The notes under the pieces are model-generated. The model saw nothing but the letters and a program-made list of their open reading frames with translations, made no database searches and had not been told where the DNA came from. Of a DNA stretch of 64,000 nucleotides, positions 63,591 to 64,000 are shown piece after piece. Positions within the stretch are counted from its first letter, which is position 1. Every line of letters starts with the position of its first letter. This DNA comes from Puccinia triticina (lineage: Eukaryota): assembly GCA_026914245.1 (NCBI GenBank), contig CP110440.1, positions 3,782,001 to 3,846,000 of the forward strand, in the 5' to 3' direction. Both the position numbers and the translations under genes were made by a program.

Positions 63591-63686
63591 AGAAACCAAA
63601 ATTAGTGCAAACTGGTGAAATAAATTCAAGTTTTTTGAAGAAACCAAAATTAGTGCAAACTGGTGAAATAAATTCAAGTTTTTTGA
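63591..63686. repeat. 48-bp tandem duplication
   Basis: AGAAACCAAAATTAGTGCAAACTGGTGAAATAAATTCAAGTTTTTTGA x2. Confidence 0.9.
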
Positions 63687-63777
63687 AGAAGAAACAAAAT
63701 TTGTGCTGGAAAGACAATTGTTGGGGAAATATTGATGAGGGAAATTCATAAACTCTGAACATGAGAAGAAATTGATT

Positions 63778-64000
63778 TCAAATGCGCTTTAAAGGCAGTC
63801 CAGACTTGTCTGGGTCAGATAAGAAAGGAATGTGAGGGATAGCTACAGAATCATTAACTCTGTTACCTGATATGACTCTTGCGTGAATCACATTTGGACC
63901 CAAGTTTTCCACAATCAACCTGGTTCCATTACAAAGTCCCATTGTCCAATCAAGGTTCCTGAGCATTATTATTGGCACTCCACATTTCAGTTGAAGAATA
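63778..64000 (-). pseudogene. Helitron PIF1-like helicase fragment, continuing beyond the window
   Basis: LKCGVPIIMLRNL....GLCNGTRLIV...VI.A.VI.G......IP motif; truncated before QFP. Confidence 0.85.

Overview
Eukaryotic fungal DNA, almost certainly a rust fungus (Pucciniales, Puccinia-like), judged from short GT/GC-AG introns, CpG-decayed repeats and the TE families present. There are only five host genes: TFIIB/SUA7 (540-2059), an arrestin-N-like protein (44374-46404), a Sos7/Kre28-like kinetochore protein (47938-49438) and two tandem secreted BBE-like/AA7 FAD oxidases (55895-58137, 60378-62653). The rest is transposon-derived. The centrepiece is a four-level nest with readable junctions. 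A degraded DNA-transposon gene contains a Ty1/copia element (4178-35807, TG..TA LTRs, GACAC TSD). Its RT is split by a 25.7-kb CACTA-like element (7772-33508, perfect 39-bp TIRs, ACA TSD) that carries a transposase, a RING-less Rad5/HLTF-like SNF2 ATPase, two paralogous accessory genes and several unknown genes. One of those genes is split by a 3-kb gag-only LTR element (CTGAG TSD). Other points: an LTR-like repeat holding both intron-containing and precisely spliced copies of the same units, a probable tRNA-Asn half-molecule primer site, an intact Tad1-like LINE, two tiny hairpin-packed elements with 9-bp TSDs, a tandem Tc1/mariner MITE pair, palindromic minisatellites, and hAT and Helitron fragments. 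All calls come from manual reading; no database searches were run.
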